DNA from: an uncultured Pelagibacteraceae bacterium | Lineage (GTDB): Bacteria; Pseudomonadota; Alphaproteobacteria; Pelagibacterales; Pelagibacteraceae | Reading direction: 5' to 3' | Assembly: GCA_902561015.1 (NCBI GenBank) | Contig: CACENB010000001.1 | Span: 2,130 to 66,129, forward strand | DNA length: 64,000 nt | In this document: in pieces, positions 19,829 through 28,604 of the stretch | Position numbering within the stretch: the first letter of the stretch is position 1 | Layout: the number at the start of each line of letters is the position of its first letter | Notes under the pieces: model-generated | The model's database searches: none | What the model saw: only the letters and a program-made list of their open reading frames with translations | What the model was told of the DNA's origin: nothing | Translations under genes and position numbers: made by a program

Positions 19829-21265
19829 CTATGTAAATTCATACTTCTTTTCAATTGACATAATAAATTGGTTAATTTCATCCAATTTTTTTAATTCAAC
19901 CTCATCATCTCTATTTGATGCTTGATCTCTTAAATAATCAATTTCAGTATAAGCCATATTAATTGTTTGCCATTTTTCCTTATTTTTACTTAAAATTCTT
20001 CTAGCAATTTCACTTTTAATATTTCTATATAAGTCAGGTGGTAAAATTTGAGGAGCTTCTTGATAAATTATTTTTTGACCAAACCAACTACATCTCTTGT
20101 CTTGAAACTTGTCTAGTAGTCTCAACTTATCCTCCCAAGAAGAACTGTGCCATAATTTAAATAAAGCAGTATCTTTATTTGGAATAAATTTTTCGTACAA
20201 AGTTTCCTCTGGTAATAAATCCTCCTGAGTTTTGGTTTGTGCTTTTTCTTCAGCTGCTTCTTTATGAATAATCTGAATATTTTTACAGAAATTTTCATTT
20301 TCTCTAACAAGTTTAGCTCTTTTTTGTATTGTTGCTAAATCTAATTCTGAATAAGGCTTTTGTTTTAACGCATATTCTTTATTCAACATAACTGGTGCTT
20401 TATTTGTTTTTAAAACCCTAAGTGCTTTAGGACTAAATTTTTTCAAAATATCTCTTAATTGATTGACTGATAAATTTAAAAATGGTTCAGGATCTCTCCT
20501 TAGATCCCAAAGATATCCCCATGATGCGTATGAAGGATGAAAACAATGCTTTGGGTGTAAGGTGCAAGCAAGGTACATCATATTTCTACCCTTAACATTT
20601 TCAAAAATTGAATATATACCGTCATTTGTAAGTAATGTTTCCACACTTGTCTTTGTTGAAGTTTTTAGAAAAGTATCCCAATTATCTTTATGTTTATCTC
20701 TTATAATTCTAAGGACTTTTAATGAAGTATACGCATCGTGAAAAGCCGTGTGTTGTTGAGACGTATCAAATCCTTGCATTCTAGCTAATGCTTCTAAGGC
20801 AAGACTTGGATTTCCAGCTTCGGTCAATTCAGTTTTTAAAGTTTCTGGATTTAAAGTTTGTGCTGCCCTTGCTATATGTAAACCATCGTGTTCTTGATTT
20901 GGTGAAGAGTGGGTAAGATAAGGATACCTGTTTCCTTTAAAGAAATTAAAATGAAACATTCTTCTATCAAAATTTAAGTTTGACCAACCCATAAACATTG
21001 CTGGACCAGCTTTGGAGAAAAAATTTTCTACCGCACCTAAAAATTCATAATGTGAATAATTGCCTTTAGTTAGTAAATCAATACTTGTTGAATTAACGAG
21101 TAAAGCCTTTGCACTTGGCACCTCTCCCTCTGGCATTCTGCCTCTAATATTGAGTTTTCCAATCTCTTTTAAATTTTTATCAACTACAACTGCTCCAACC
21201 TCAATTATAGAGCCCCAAATAGTGCTGTTAGTTGTTTCAGTATCGTAAATTATAATTTTATCCAT
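19829..21265 (-). CDS. sbcB: Exodeoxyribonuclease I (DEDDh 3'-5' ssDNA exonuclease)
   Basis: YDTETT, WSNLNFD, HTAFHDA, KTNKAP, EETLY; length matches ExoI. Confidence 0.85.
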   Translation of the reverse strand: MDKIIIYDTETTNSTIWGSIIEVGAVVVDKNLKEIGKLNIRGRMPEGEVPSAKALLVNSTSIDLLTKGNYSHYEFLGAVENFFSKAGPAMFMGWSNLNFDRRMFHFNFFKGNRYPYLTHSSPNQEHDGLHIARAAQTLNPETLKTELTEAGNPSLALEALARMQGFDTSQQHTAFHDAYTSLKVLRIIRDKHKDNWDTFLKTSTKTSVETLLTNDGIYSIFENVKGRNMMYLACTLHPKHCFHPSYASWGYLWDLRRDPEPFLNLSVNQLRDILKKFSPKALRVLKTNKAPVMLNKEYALKQKPYSELDLATIQKRAKLVRENENFCKNIQIIHKEAAEEKAQTKTQEDLLPEETLYEKFIPNKDTALFKLWHSSSWEDKLRLLDKFQDKRCSWFGQKIIYQEAPQILPPDLYRNIKSEIARRILSKNKEKWQTINMAYTEIDYLRDQASNRDDEVELKKLDEINQFIMSIEKKYEFT

Positions 21266-21273
21266 TTTTAAAA

Positions 21274-21960
21274 TTAATTTAAATTTGAAAGTTCATAAAA
21301 TTTTTTTAATCTTCCTAGAAACAAATTTTGATAGGTAATTAATTCAGTTCCTTGAATTTTAAATTCTTGAAATAAATTATCCACTGTACAAACAAGTATA
21401 ACACAAGCATTAATATTTGAATTATAGACTACATTATGAGCTAATGAATAAGCTGCGGTTTGTAGTAACCAAGAGTCTATGTACTCTGCTTTTTTTGGTT
21501 TATTAGATTGTTTAAAGTCAATTATGGTTTCCTTTCCCTCATATAGTCCAACACAGTCTGCAGTGCCTGCATACTTTTCAGGATAATGCATAGTGCACTC
21601 AACTCCATAAATTTCCTGTAACCTGTTTGTTAATCCTTTATCGATAATTTCTTTTGCCATTTTCTTATGCTGTTCATTATCCTCAAAAAAGCTCAAATTT
21701 TCTCTTCCTAAAAGATAAGACTCTAAATAACTATGCATTTGAGATCCTCTGCTACTGGCTGCTTTTGTAATTGCTTCAGCTTCTTTATAGCCTGTTCTTT
21801 CTCTCCAATTTGCTAGTGCCGCTTTATCTTCCTCAGATTTTGTTGCATCAAGTATTGAAGTTACACTTGGTAATTTTGCTTCTCCCAAAACATATCTTCT
21901 TATTCCATCTTCAGTAGCCCTTGAGCTCGAGGGATAATTGTATTTTTTGTTCCAACGCAT
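21274..21960 (-). CDS. PD-(D/E)XK exonuclease, MGME1/phage-exonuclease-like
   Basis: LPSVTSIL...WR...RGSQMH...E...YAGTAD...IDFK...QTAAY; ATG at 21960 preferred. Confidence 0.85.
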   Translation of the reverse strand: MRWNKKYNYPSSSRATEDGIRRYVLGEAKLPSVTSILDATKSEEDKAALANWRERTGYKEAEAITKAASSRGSQMHSYLESYLLGRENLSFFEDNEQHKKMAKEIIDKGLTNRLQEIYGVECTMHYPEKYAGTADCVGLYEGKETIIDFKQSNKPKKAEYIDSWLLQTAAYSLAHNVVYNSNINACVILVCTVDNLFQEFKIQGTELITYQNLFLGRLKKFYELSNLN

Positions 21961-21997
21961 GTGATTTCTTATATTCGGTAATATGTGAAAAAAGAAA

Positions 21998-23068
21998 TTA
22001 TTTTTTGAGTTGTTTATTTCTTTCAACAAATTTCTCTACGTTCTCTGTCAGTACAGCTTTTTCAACTTGCTCGGGATCTTTTATGTTTTCTAAAGTTCTT
22101 GTTATTGATCTTGCATCTTTTCCAAAACCATCAACAACTGTCATGGCCTCTTCAAGTTTTTTTCTTAATTTATAAATATTATCAAAATGACTAGAAAATC
22201 TTGTACTTATAGTTTTTAAATGATCATAAATCTCTGTTGCGTTTTTTGAAATTTTAAGAGACTGAAAACCCATGTGTAAAGATTGTAAATAAGCTGAAAG
22301 AGTGTTTGGACCACAAATTACTATCTTATATTTTTTCATCAATTCTTGAGTTAATAACTCTTTAGTGCTTGGATCTTGGTATTCAGTTAATTCTTTATAA
22401 AGGCTCTCTGTAGGAGCATACACTATTGCAAAATTTGAGGTTTTAGGTGGAACAATGTATTTTTCCATCACACTCTTTGCTTTGGCCCTAAATGCACTTG
22501 CTAATTTTGTTCTAGCATCTGCAACTGCTTTTTTATCATCTGCGTCATATGCATCAGTAATAGCTTTAAATTTTTCTACCGGAAAATGAGAATCTAATGG
22601 CACTAACACATCACCTTGCAGCTTAATTGCGAATTCCACATTTTCACTAGTGTCTTCTTTCATTTTCACATTAGTCATAAATTGAGATGCTGGTAACAAA
22701 TCCTTTATTAAAGCATCTAAAGAATATTCAGCTAAAGTTCCATACTTTTTAACACCTGCTAAAATTTTAGTAATCCCCTCTTGACTTTGATTTAATAACT
22801 GCACTTGTTGATTAAAATTGCCAACCTTTTCATCTACTTTAGTTAGGGCGCCACTCATATCTTTGGCAATTTCCTTACTCATGAGATTGAAAGACTCTTG
22901 AAAGCTTGATTTTAATTCATTTAATTCATCTTTTTTGGCTAATAATTCTGACTGATCTTCAATTTCTTCTTCTAATTTTTTTTTAGAATTTTTTTGGTAA
23001 AAGTAAAAGGCTCCTCCTAAAATGAAGGCTAAAATTAAAATATTTAATATTAATATTACTGATTCCAT
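21998..23068 (-). CDS. rmuC: DNA recombination protein RmuC family
   Basis: N-terminal TM and coiled coil; VEFAIKL, DSHFP, KYIVPPKT, PTESLY, GPNTL. Confidence 0.9.
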   Translation of the reverse strand: MESVILILNILILAFILGGAFYFYQKNSKKKLEEEIEDQSELLAKKDELNELKSSFQESFNLMSKEIAKDMSGALTKVDEKVGNFNQQVQLLNQSQEGITKILAGVKKYGTLAEYSLDALIKDLLPASQFMTNVKMKEDTSENVEFAIKLQGDVLVPLDSHFPVEKFKAITDAYDADDKKAVADARTKLASAFRAKAKSVMEKYIVPPKTSNFAIVYAPTESLYKELTEYQDPSTKELLTQELMKKYKIVICGPNTLSAYLQSLHMGFQSLKISKNATEIYDHLKTISTRFSSHFDNIYKLRKKLEEAMTVVDGFGKDARSITRTLENIKDPEQVEKAVLTENVEKFVERNKQLKK

Positions 23069-23137
23069 ATTTTGTTAGTATATACTAAATACTTATTTTC
23101 AACGATATTTATAGTTAAAATTAATAAAACTTAATTT

Positions 23138-23269
23138 ATGGATTTAATGTTAATTTTTAAAATTATAATTGTCTTGGGCGCTTTGATTGGCCTTTATGCA
23201 ATTATCAGAAATTTGGATATTATACGAATTATACTGATTTATTTTAAGGACAAATTACTAAGAAAGTAG
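23138..23269 (+). CDS. Putative 43-aa small membrane protein (not in ORF track)
   Basis: MDLMLIFKIIIVLGALIGLYAIIRNLDIIRIILIYFKDKLLRK; fills the rmuC-hisG gap and overlaps the hisG stop by 12 nt. Confidence 0.55.
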   Translation: MDLMLIFKIIIVLGALIGLYAIIRNLDIIRIILIYFKDKLLRK

Positions 23270-23941
23270 TCTTACAAGGTTTTTCAATCCTTTTTTCTTA
23301 TTATTTTTTTTAGATGTAAAAATACAAGCTTGAGATTTCAATATTTTTCCATCCTTCAAAACACGCAAATTATTTGCCTTTAGTGTTTCACCTGTTGAAG
23401 TAATGTCGGTAATTAATTCAGCTGAACCGGTAAAAGGGTATGCCTCTGTTGCTCCTAAACTATCAACTAATTTAAATTGGGTAACACCTTTAGAAAATAA
23501 AAAATCTCTAGTCAAATTTGGGTACTTGGTCGCAACTCTCAATCTTTTTTTCTTTTTATCTCTAAATTCAAAGGCGATTTCCTCTAAGTCAGCTATAGTT
23601 TGAACATCAATCCAAGGATCAGGGATTGCAACAACTAAATCTGCATTTCCAAAATTAAGTTTTGTCACTATATTTATTTTATTCTGAGTATTAACAGCAC
23701 TCTCTTTAAATAAATCAAAACCAGAAAACCCAATATCTAAAGAGCCATCTCCTAATCTTTCAAGAATTTCTCTTGCATGTAAATATAAAATCTTGATATT
23801 TGATTTATCTTTAATTGATCCAATCAAGTCTCTTTCCCCTCGTTCAGAAATAAGCTTTAACTTTTTTTTATAAAAAATTTTTAAAACATCTTTTTTTAAT
23901 CTTCCCTTACTAGGTATTCCTATATTTATAAAATCACTCAT
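23258..23941 (-). CDS. hisG: ATP phosphoribosyltransferase, short form
   Basis: PSKGRL, RVATKY, GATE, DITSTGETLKANNL. Confidence 0.96.
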   Translation of the reverse strand: MSDFINIGIPSKGRLKKDVLKIFYKKKLKLISERGERDLIGSIKDKSNIKILYLHAREILERLGDGSLDIGFSGFDLFKESAVNTQNKINIVTKLNFGNADLVVAIPDPWIDVQTIADLEEIAFEFRDKKKKRLRVATKYPNLTRDFLFSKGVTQFKLVDSLGATEAYPFTGSAELITDITSTGETLKANNLRVLKDGKILKSQACIFTSKKNNKKKGLKNLVRLLS

Positions 23942-23943
23942 TA

Positions 23944-24996
23944 CTAATAATTAAGATTAAGCGCAGCTCCAACTGCTGGTATCTGTTTTTTTGAACCAAG
24001 ATCAGAAATTAGTTTGTCATAACGGCCACCATTACAACAATTAGTAATCTTTGACTTTGATTTAATATCGATTTTAAAAACCATTCCTGTGTAATATTCG
24101 AGTTGCCTACCAAAGGCACTAGAGAAAACTACATTCAATTTAGATATTTTATTTTTTGAAATTGGGAAATATTTCTGATCGACGACAAGATTTATTCTGT
24201 TTTTCTTGAAAAATTTATTCAACTGACTCGCAGCTTTATTAATCGGACATTTAATGTTCAAAAATTCTTTAATAATATTTGAAACATTTTTCCCCCTGCT
24301 TGCTCTCCTTGGGTCCTTAATTTTTTTATCAAATCTTTCTAAAATTTCTTTAATACTTCTACCTGCAACAACAGATGTTTGATCATCCTTTAACATTTTT
24401 AAATATCGTCTTTTATCAACTTCAACAATAGTTGGATCTACATCAGAGTTAGTCTCTAATCTTTTTAATAAATCACTGAAATAATCTTCTCTCCAAAAAT
24501 GTCTTATAAGTCTTAATTTCCATCTTTTAGGAATGTTTAATTTAGAAATTAAAAGGTTAAAAATTTCTACATTACCAATAGTGAGAGTGCCTGAGGAATA
24601 TTTTAGATCTTTGAGTGATTTAAGAGATGTATTTATTATTTCTTTGTCATCATTTTTTTCATTTTTTGATCCTATAATCTCAAAACCAACTTGATTTCTT
24701 ATTATAGAGTCTTTTTTATTTTGAGATTTTCTGTAAGCCTGTCCACTATAAAATATTTTTTCTTTCCCCTTTAAATTGTTTTCTAAATATCTTAGACAAG
24801 AAGCGATTGTAAGATCCGGTCTTAGACATAATTCATTACCTGACTGATCTGTAAATGAAAAAATAAATTTCCTAAAACTCTCACCTGATCGCTGTACTAT
24901 ATGATTTGTCTCAATCACAGAAGGTAATTCAATATACTTAAATCCTTTAGATTTTACCGATCTAAGAATTTTGTCAGATAAATTTTTTGATCTCAT
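23944..24996 (-). CDS. hisZ: ATP phosphoribosyltransferase regulatory subunit
   Basis: LCLRPDLT, QVGFE, LEYYTGMVF, GGRYD; between hisS and hisG. Confidence 0.92.
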   Translation of the reverse strand: MRSKNLSDKILRSVKSKGFKYIELPSVIETNHIVQRSGESFRKFIFSFTDQSGNELCLRPDLTIASCLRYLENNLKGKEKIFYSGQAYRKSQNKKDSIIRNQVGFEIIGSKNEKNDDKEIINTSLKSLKDLKYSSGTLTIGNVEIFNLLISKLNIPKRWKLRLIRHFWREDYFSDLLKRLETNSDVDPTIVEVDKRRYLKMLKDDQTSVVAGRSIKEILERFDKKIKDPRRASRGKNVSNIIKEFLNIKCPINKAASQLNKFFKKNRINLVVDQKYFPISKNKISKLNVVFSSAFGRQLEYYTGMVFKIDIKSKSKITNCCNGGRYDKLISDLGSKKQIPAVGAALNLNY

Positions 24997-26371
24997 TAAT
25001 TAAATTTTCTTTTGGAAACGATTTTTGGTTATTTTCACCTTTAATACCAAGTAAATTTTTTAATGTTACTTTATTTTCTTTAAACTCATTTTCTCCACAA
25101 ATTACTGCAACTGGGCACCCTCTTTTATTGGCATAAGTCAGTTGCTTTCCGAGATTTTTTTTACTATCTAAAAATATTTCTGAATTAATGTTGTTTTTTC
25201 TCAAATTATCTAAAATCTCATAATAATTTGGTAAATATTTTTCATCCATCACACATACAATTATCGGCTTTTGTTCATCGATTTCTATCTGATCTAATTG
25301 CATCATCGCAAATAACAATCTATCAACACCAATGCTTATGCCAGTTCCAGGAATGTCTACACCTTTAAATCTAGAAATTAATTTATCGTATTGTCCACCT
25401 GAGCAGATGCTTCCAATATCAACTTCTTTACCTTTGTTATTTTTTGCTTTAAAATTTAAATTTGTTTCAACACAAAAACCATCGTAATAATCAAGACCTC
25501 TAACAATTGTTAAATTGGTTTTAACTTGATCAAAATAAGATCCGAAACTTAAAATTTTAAAAAATTCCTCTAGTTCTTTAATTCCCTCTTGTGTAAGAGG
25601 GTTTTTAAAATTTTTTTTTAATTCCTTTAAATCCCTAATCTTTAAAAAATCTAAAATTTTTGAAGCTTGATCATTGCTTAAATTAGCTCCTTTTGTAATA
25701 GCTCCACTTTTATCTTTTCTCTCTTTTTTCAATAATTCCTCTACTCCCTTAAATCCAAAGTCAGGTTTATCTAATTTATCGATCGCTCTCATTACTTTAA
25801 TCTTTTTATTTCCTGGAATTTTAAGGTCCTCAATTAAACCTTGAACAATTTTTCTATTACTAACATTAATAGTGAACTGATTTTTGTTTAAACCACATTC
25901 AATCAATGTGCTTGTAACAAGATTGCATAATTCAACATTTGCTTGTGCTGAATTGACGTTGCCTACAATATCACAATCTGCCTGTGTAAATTCTCTAAAA
26001 CGAGCATTGCCAGACTTTTCATTTCTAAATACATTTTGAATAGCATATCTTTTATATATGGAGGGGAGTTCTTGATTGTTTTGTGCAACAAATCTTGCTA
26101 ATGGACTAGAGAGATCATATCTCAAAGTAATATTTTTTTCACCATCATTAAATGAGAAAACATCAGACATAGGGTTACTATCATCTTCTGCAAGAAAGGA
26201 TCCAATATTTTCTGAAATTTCAAATGATGGTGTCTCTAATGGGTCAAATCCAAATTTTATAAAATTATTCTCAATAACTTTTAAAAGTTTTTTTTTGAGA
26301 AATAATTTTTTATTCCATCTATCTTCGAATCCTGATGGTAAACCAGGAATTAATTTATTATCTTTGTTCAT
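24974..26371 (-). CDS. hisS: Histidyl-tRNA synthetase
   Basis: LRYDLSSPLARF, FRNEK...RFREFTQ, RGLDYY, GGQYD; start moved to ATG 26371 because the longer track ORF runs through tRNA-His. Confidence 0.96.
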   Translation of the reverse strand: MNKDNKLIPGLPSGFEDRWNKKLFLKKKLLKVIENNFIKFGFDPLETPSFEISENIGSFLAEDDSNPMSDVFSFNDGEKNITLRYDLSSPLARFVAQNNQELPSIYKRYAIQNVFRNEKSGNARFREFTQADCDIVGNVNSAQANVELCNLVTSTLIECGLNKNQFTINVSNRKIVQGLIEDLKIPGNKKIKVMRAIDKLDKPDFGFKGVEELLKKERKDKSGAITKGANLSNDQASKILDFLKIRDLKELKKNFKNPLTQEGIKELEEFFKILSFGSYFDQVKTNLTIVRGLDYYDGFCVETNLNFKAKNNKGKEVDIGSICSGGQYDKLISRFKGVDIPGTGISIGVDRLLFAMMQLDQIEIDEQKPIIVCVMDEKYLPNYYEILDNLRKNNINSEIFLDSKKNLGKQLTYANKRGCPVAVICGENEFKENKVTLKNLLGIKGENNQKSFPKENLINEIKKFI

Positions 26372-26375
26372 TTTT

Positions 26376-26450
26376 TGGTACCCGGGCTGAGAGTCGAACT
26401 CAAACTTAAAGTTCCACAAACTTCCGTGCTAACCATTACACCACCCGGGC
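26376..26450 (-). tRNA. tRNA-His (GTG)
   Basis: Cloverleaf GCCCGGG/CCCGGGT-A-CCA, anticodon arm GAAGT-TTGTGGA-ACTTT, T loop TTCGACT. Confidence 0.97.
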
Positions 26451-26499
26451 CTATCCTCTTAGTTTTTATCTTATTTTGTGTGGATTTAAAATTATAATT

Positions 26500-26529
26500 A
26501 AATAGAAAAATGCTAGCTTTAGCCAGCAT
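26500..26529 (-). terminator. Intrinsic terminator (candidate attenuator) overlapping the end of the His-rich leader ORF
   Basis: ATGCTGGC-TAAA-GCTAGCAT stem (8 bp, one G-U) followed by TTTTCTATTT. Confidence 0.7.
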
Positions 26530-26620
26530 GGATATGAGTATGCACAACTATTTCTTTTCCTTTAAGATATATTCTTAAAGTACCGTAGTTAGTCCATTTA
26601 ATTGACCCATATTTTTTCAT
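26519..26620 (-). CDS. Putative histidine leader peptide (33 aa, not in ORF track)
   Basis: MKKYGSIKWTNYGTLRIYLKGKEIVVHTHIHAG; His at codons 27, 29, 31; upstream of tRNA-His-hisS-hisZ-hisG. Confidence 0.7.
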   Translation of the reverse strand: MKKYGSIKWTNYGTLRIYLKGKEIVVHTHIHAG

Positions 26621-26627
26621 TATATGT

Positions 26628-26655
26628 CTTTTAGACAAATAATTTTATTATGCAA
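26628..26655 (-). promoter_or_regulatory. Putative promoter for the leader/his operon
   Basis: TTGCAT-N16-TAAAAG, 7 nt before the leader ATG (would give a near-leaderless mRNA). Confidence 0.4.
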
Positions 26656-26660
26656 CCTTA

Positions 26661-26705
26661 AAAAGAAAAAGGACGTTAATTCTCCCTTAAAGAAAAACGT
26701 CCTTT
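26661..26705 (-). terminator. Intrinsic terminator of the cold-shock gene
   Basis: Inverted repeat AAAGGACGTT...AACGTCCTTT followed by TTCTTTT on the minus strand. Confidence 0.75.
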
Positions 26706-26720
26706 ATATAAATTTGAGGA

Positions 26721-26933
26721 TTAATCTAATTTTTTTAGATTTACTGCAGAGGGACCTTTTGGTCCATCCTCTAGTGTAAATTCTATTTTATCACCTTCAT
26801 TCAAAAATCGCATTCCAGCTGCCTTTACTGCTGATGCATGAACGAAAGCATCTTTTTCTTTGTCATCTCTTTCGATAAAACCATAACCTTTTTTACCGTT
26901 AAACCACTTTACTTTACCTTGTATTGTACTCAT
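26721..26933 (-). CDS. cspA: Cold-shock domain protein
   Basis: GKVKWFN, KGYGFI, AFVH, GPKGPSA; paralog name uncertain. Confidence 0.93.
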   Translation of the reverse strand: MSTIQGKVKWFNGKKGYGFIERDDKEKDAFVHASAVKAAGMRFLNEGDKIEFTLEDGPKGPSAVNLKKLD

Positions 26934-27013
26934 CTTATTTCTTAGTCCTTTTGTTAATTATTATAGATAGAAATTAATTTGTTTTGGGGTAATTTCAAGA
27001 TGAAATCTTGTGG

Positions 27014-27088
27014 TGGTGGCTGAGGAAGGATTCGCACCTCCGACACAAGCCTTTTCAGGGCTCTGCTCTACTCCTGAGCTACTCAGCC
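27014..27088 (-). tRNA. tRNA-Phe (GAA)
   Basis: GGCTGAG/CTCAGCC-A-CCA, anticodon arm GAGCC-CTGAAAA-GGCTT; T loop TGCGAAT. Confidence 0.95.
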
Positions 27089-27094
27089 TTAAAA

Positions 27095-27310
27095 TTATCC
27101 TCTAAAGATTATTCTACCTTTAGTCAGATCATAAGGTGTCATTTCAACTGTAACATTATCACCTTGCAAAACTCTAATTCTGTTTTTTCTTAATTTTCCA
27201 GCAGTGTGAGCTGTAACAGTATGACCATTTTCTAGTTGCACTCTAAACATTGCATTAGGTAATAAATCTGTAACCTTGCCTTTGAATTCAAGTAGATCCT
27301 GTTTTGACAA
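27095..27310 (-). CDS. infA: Translation initiation factor IF-1
   Basis: [25 protein letters not shown]; TTG start. Confidence 0.98.
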   Translation of the reverse strand: MSKQDLLEFKGKVTDLLPNAMFRVQLENGHTVTAHTAGKLRKNRIRVLQGDNVTVEMTPYDLTKGRIIFRG

Positions 27311-27312
27311 AT

Positions 27313-28602
27313 TTATTTACTCCTTTTTTTAATTCTTTTTTTGATGGATTGAGCATGACCTATCAACCCCTCATAGTTTGCAAGAGTTATAACTGATGGC
27401 CCAAGACTTTCAATACCCTTTTTTGATAAGTTTATATAAGAAATTCTTTTATAAAATTCATTTACACTTATTCCACTTGAATATTTTGCTGAACCATTAG
27501 TTGGCAGTATATGATTTGAACCAACATTATAATCTGTCATTGCCATAACAGCATATTTTCCTAAACATATTGATCCAGAATTTTTTACTTTGGAAACCAA
27601 TGATTTGTAGTTCTTAATATTAAGCTCTAAATGTTCAGGCGCAATTTTGTTTACAACATTAATTATTTTATCATCCTTAGATATATACATTAAAATTCCA
27701 TTACTTTTTAAACTTTTTCTTGCAATGGACTCTCTAGGAATATTTTTTAATTGTTTTACAATTTCTATCTTAACTTTGTTTATTAAATTTTTGTCTTTTG
27801 AAATTAAAATACATTGTGCTAAAGGATCATGTTCTGCTTGACCAATTAAATCACTAGCTACCCATTCAGAATTAGAATATTTATCACAAACTATTGTTAT
27901 TTCAGATGGTCCTGCAGTCATTCCCTCAATTCCAACATTTCCAAAAACTTCTTTCTTTGCGGCTGTAACATATGAATTTCCCGGTCCAACAATTTTATCA
28001 ACTTTTTTTATTTTTTTCGTACCGTAAGAAACTGCTGCTATTGCTGATGGACCCCCGATAGAATAAATCTCTTTTATTTTACATTTTTTTGCCGCATATA
28101 ACACAGCAGGATTTTGACTACCTTTATAACCAGGGTTAATCATAACAAGTCTTTTAACACCTGCAACAATAGCTGGAATAGCATTCATCAAAACACTTGA
28201 AGGATAAGATGCAGTTGAACCAGGAACATAAATAGCAACTGATTCTATTGGCAAATACTTATATTCAAGTTTGTTTTTAAATTTATCTGTATATGAAATA
28301 TTTTTGAATCTTTGTAGGGAATGAAATTTATAAATTCGGTTATAGGCTATATCAATAGCCTTTTTAACTTCGGGATCTAAAGACTTTATTAATCTATTAA
28401 TTTGCTTAGGACTTGGAATAATTCTATTATTTTTATTAAATTTTTTTTCATATTTAATTAAAGCTTTATCACCATTATTTTTCACATCATTAATTATTTT
28501 AGATACTGACACTTTGTCAGATATTATTTTTTTTCTTCTTTTAAAAAGTAAGCTATCTAAGGTTTTATCAAAATTTTTACTTTTACTAATAAGTACTTTC
28601 AT
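27313..28602 (-). CDS. hisD: Histidinol dehydrogenase
   Basis: [41 protein letters not shown]. Confidence 0.96.
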   Translation of the reverse strand: MKVLISKSKNFDKTLDSLLFKRRKKIISDKVSVSKIINDVKNNGDKALIKYEKKFNKNNRIIPSPKQINRLIKSLDPEVKKAIDIAYNRIYKFHSLQRFKNISYTDKFKNKLEYKYLPIESVAIYVPGSTASYPSSVLMNAIPAIVAGVKRLVMINPGYKGSQNPAVLYAAKKCKIKEIYSIGGPSAIAAVSYGTKKIKKVDKIVGPGNSYVTAAKKEVFGNVGIEGMTAGPSEITIVCDKYSNSEWVASDLIGQAEHDPLAQCILISKDKNLINKVKIEIVKQLKNIPRESIARKSLKSNGILMYISKDDKIINVVNKIAPEHLELNIKNYKSLVSKVKNSGSICLGKYAVMAMTDYNVGSNHILPTNGSAKYSSGISVNEFYKRISYINLSKKGIESLGPSVITLANYEGLIGHAQSIKKRIKKRSK

Positions 28603-28604
28603 AA

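Noticed and set aside
21274-21960. Cas4 or CRISPR interpretation of the PD-(D/E)XK nuclease
   Set aside because: No Cas4 Fe-S cysteine pattern, no cas neighbours and no repeat-spacer array seen
19829-23269. Prophage or integrated island
   Set aside because: No integrase, att repeats or structural genes; composition resembles the flanks
26372-26419. N-terminal extension of hisS in the ORF track
   Set aside because: It reads through the tRNA-His gene; ATG at 26371 fits better
27008-27193. 61-aa plus-strand ORF
   Set aside because: Antisense to tRNA-Phe and infA
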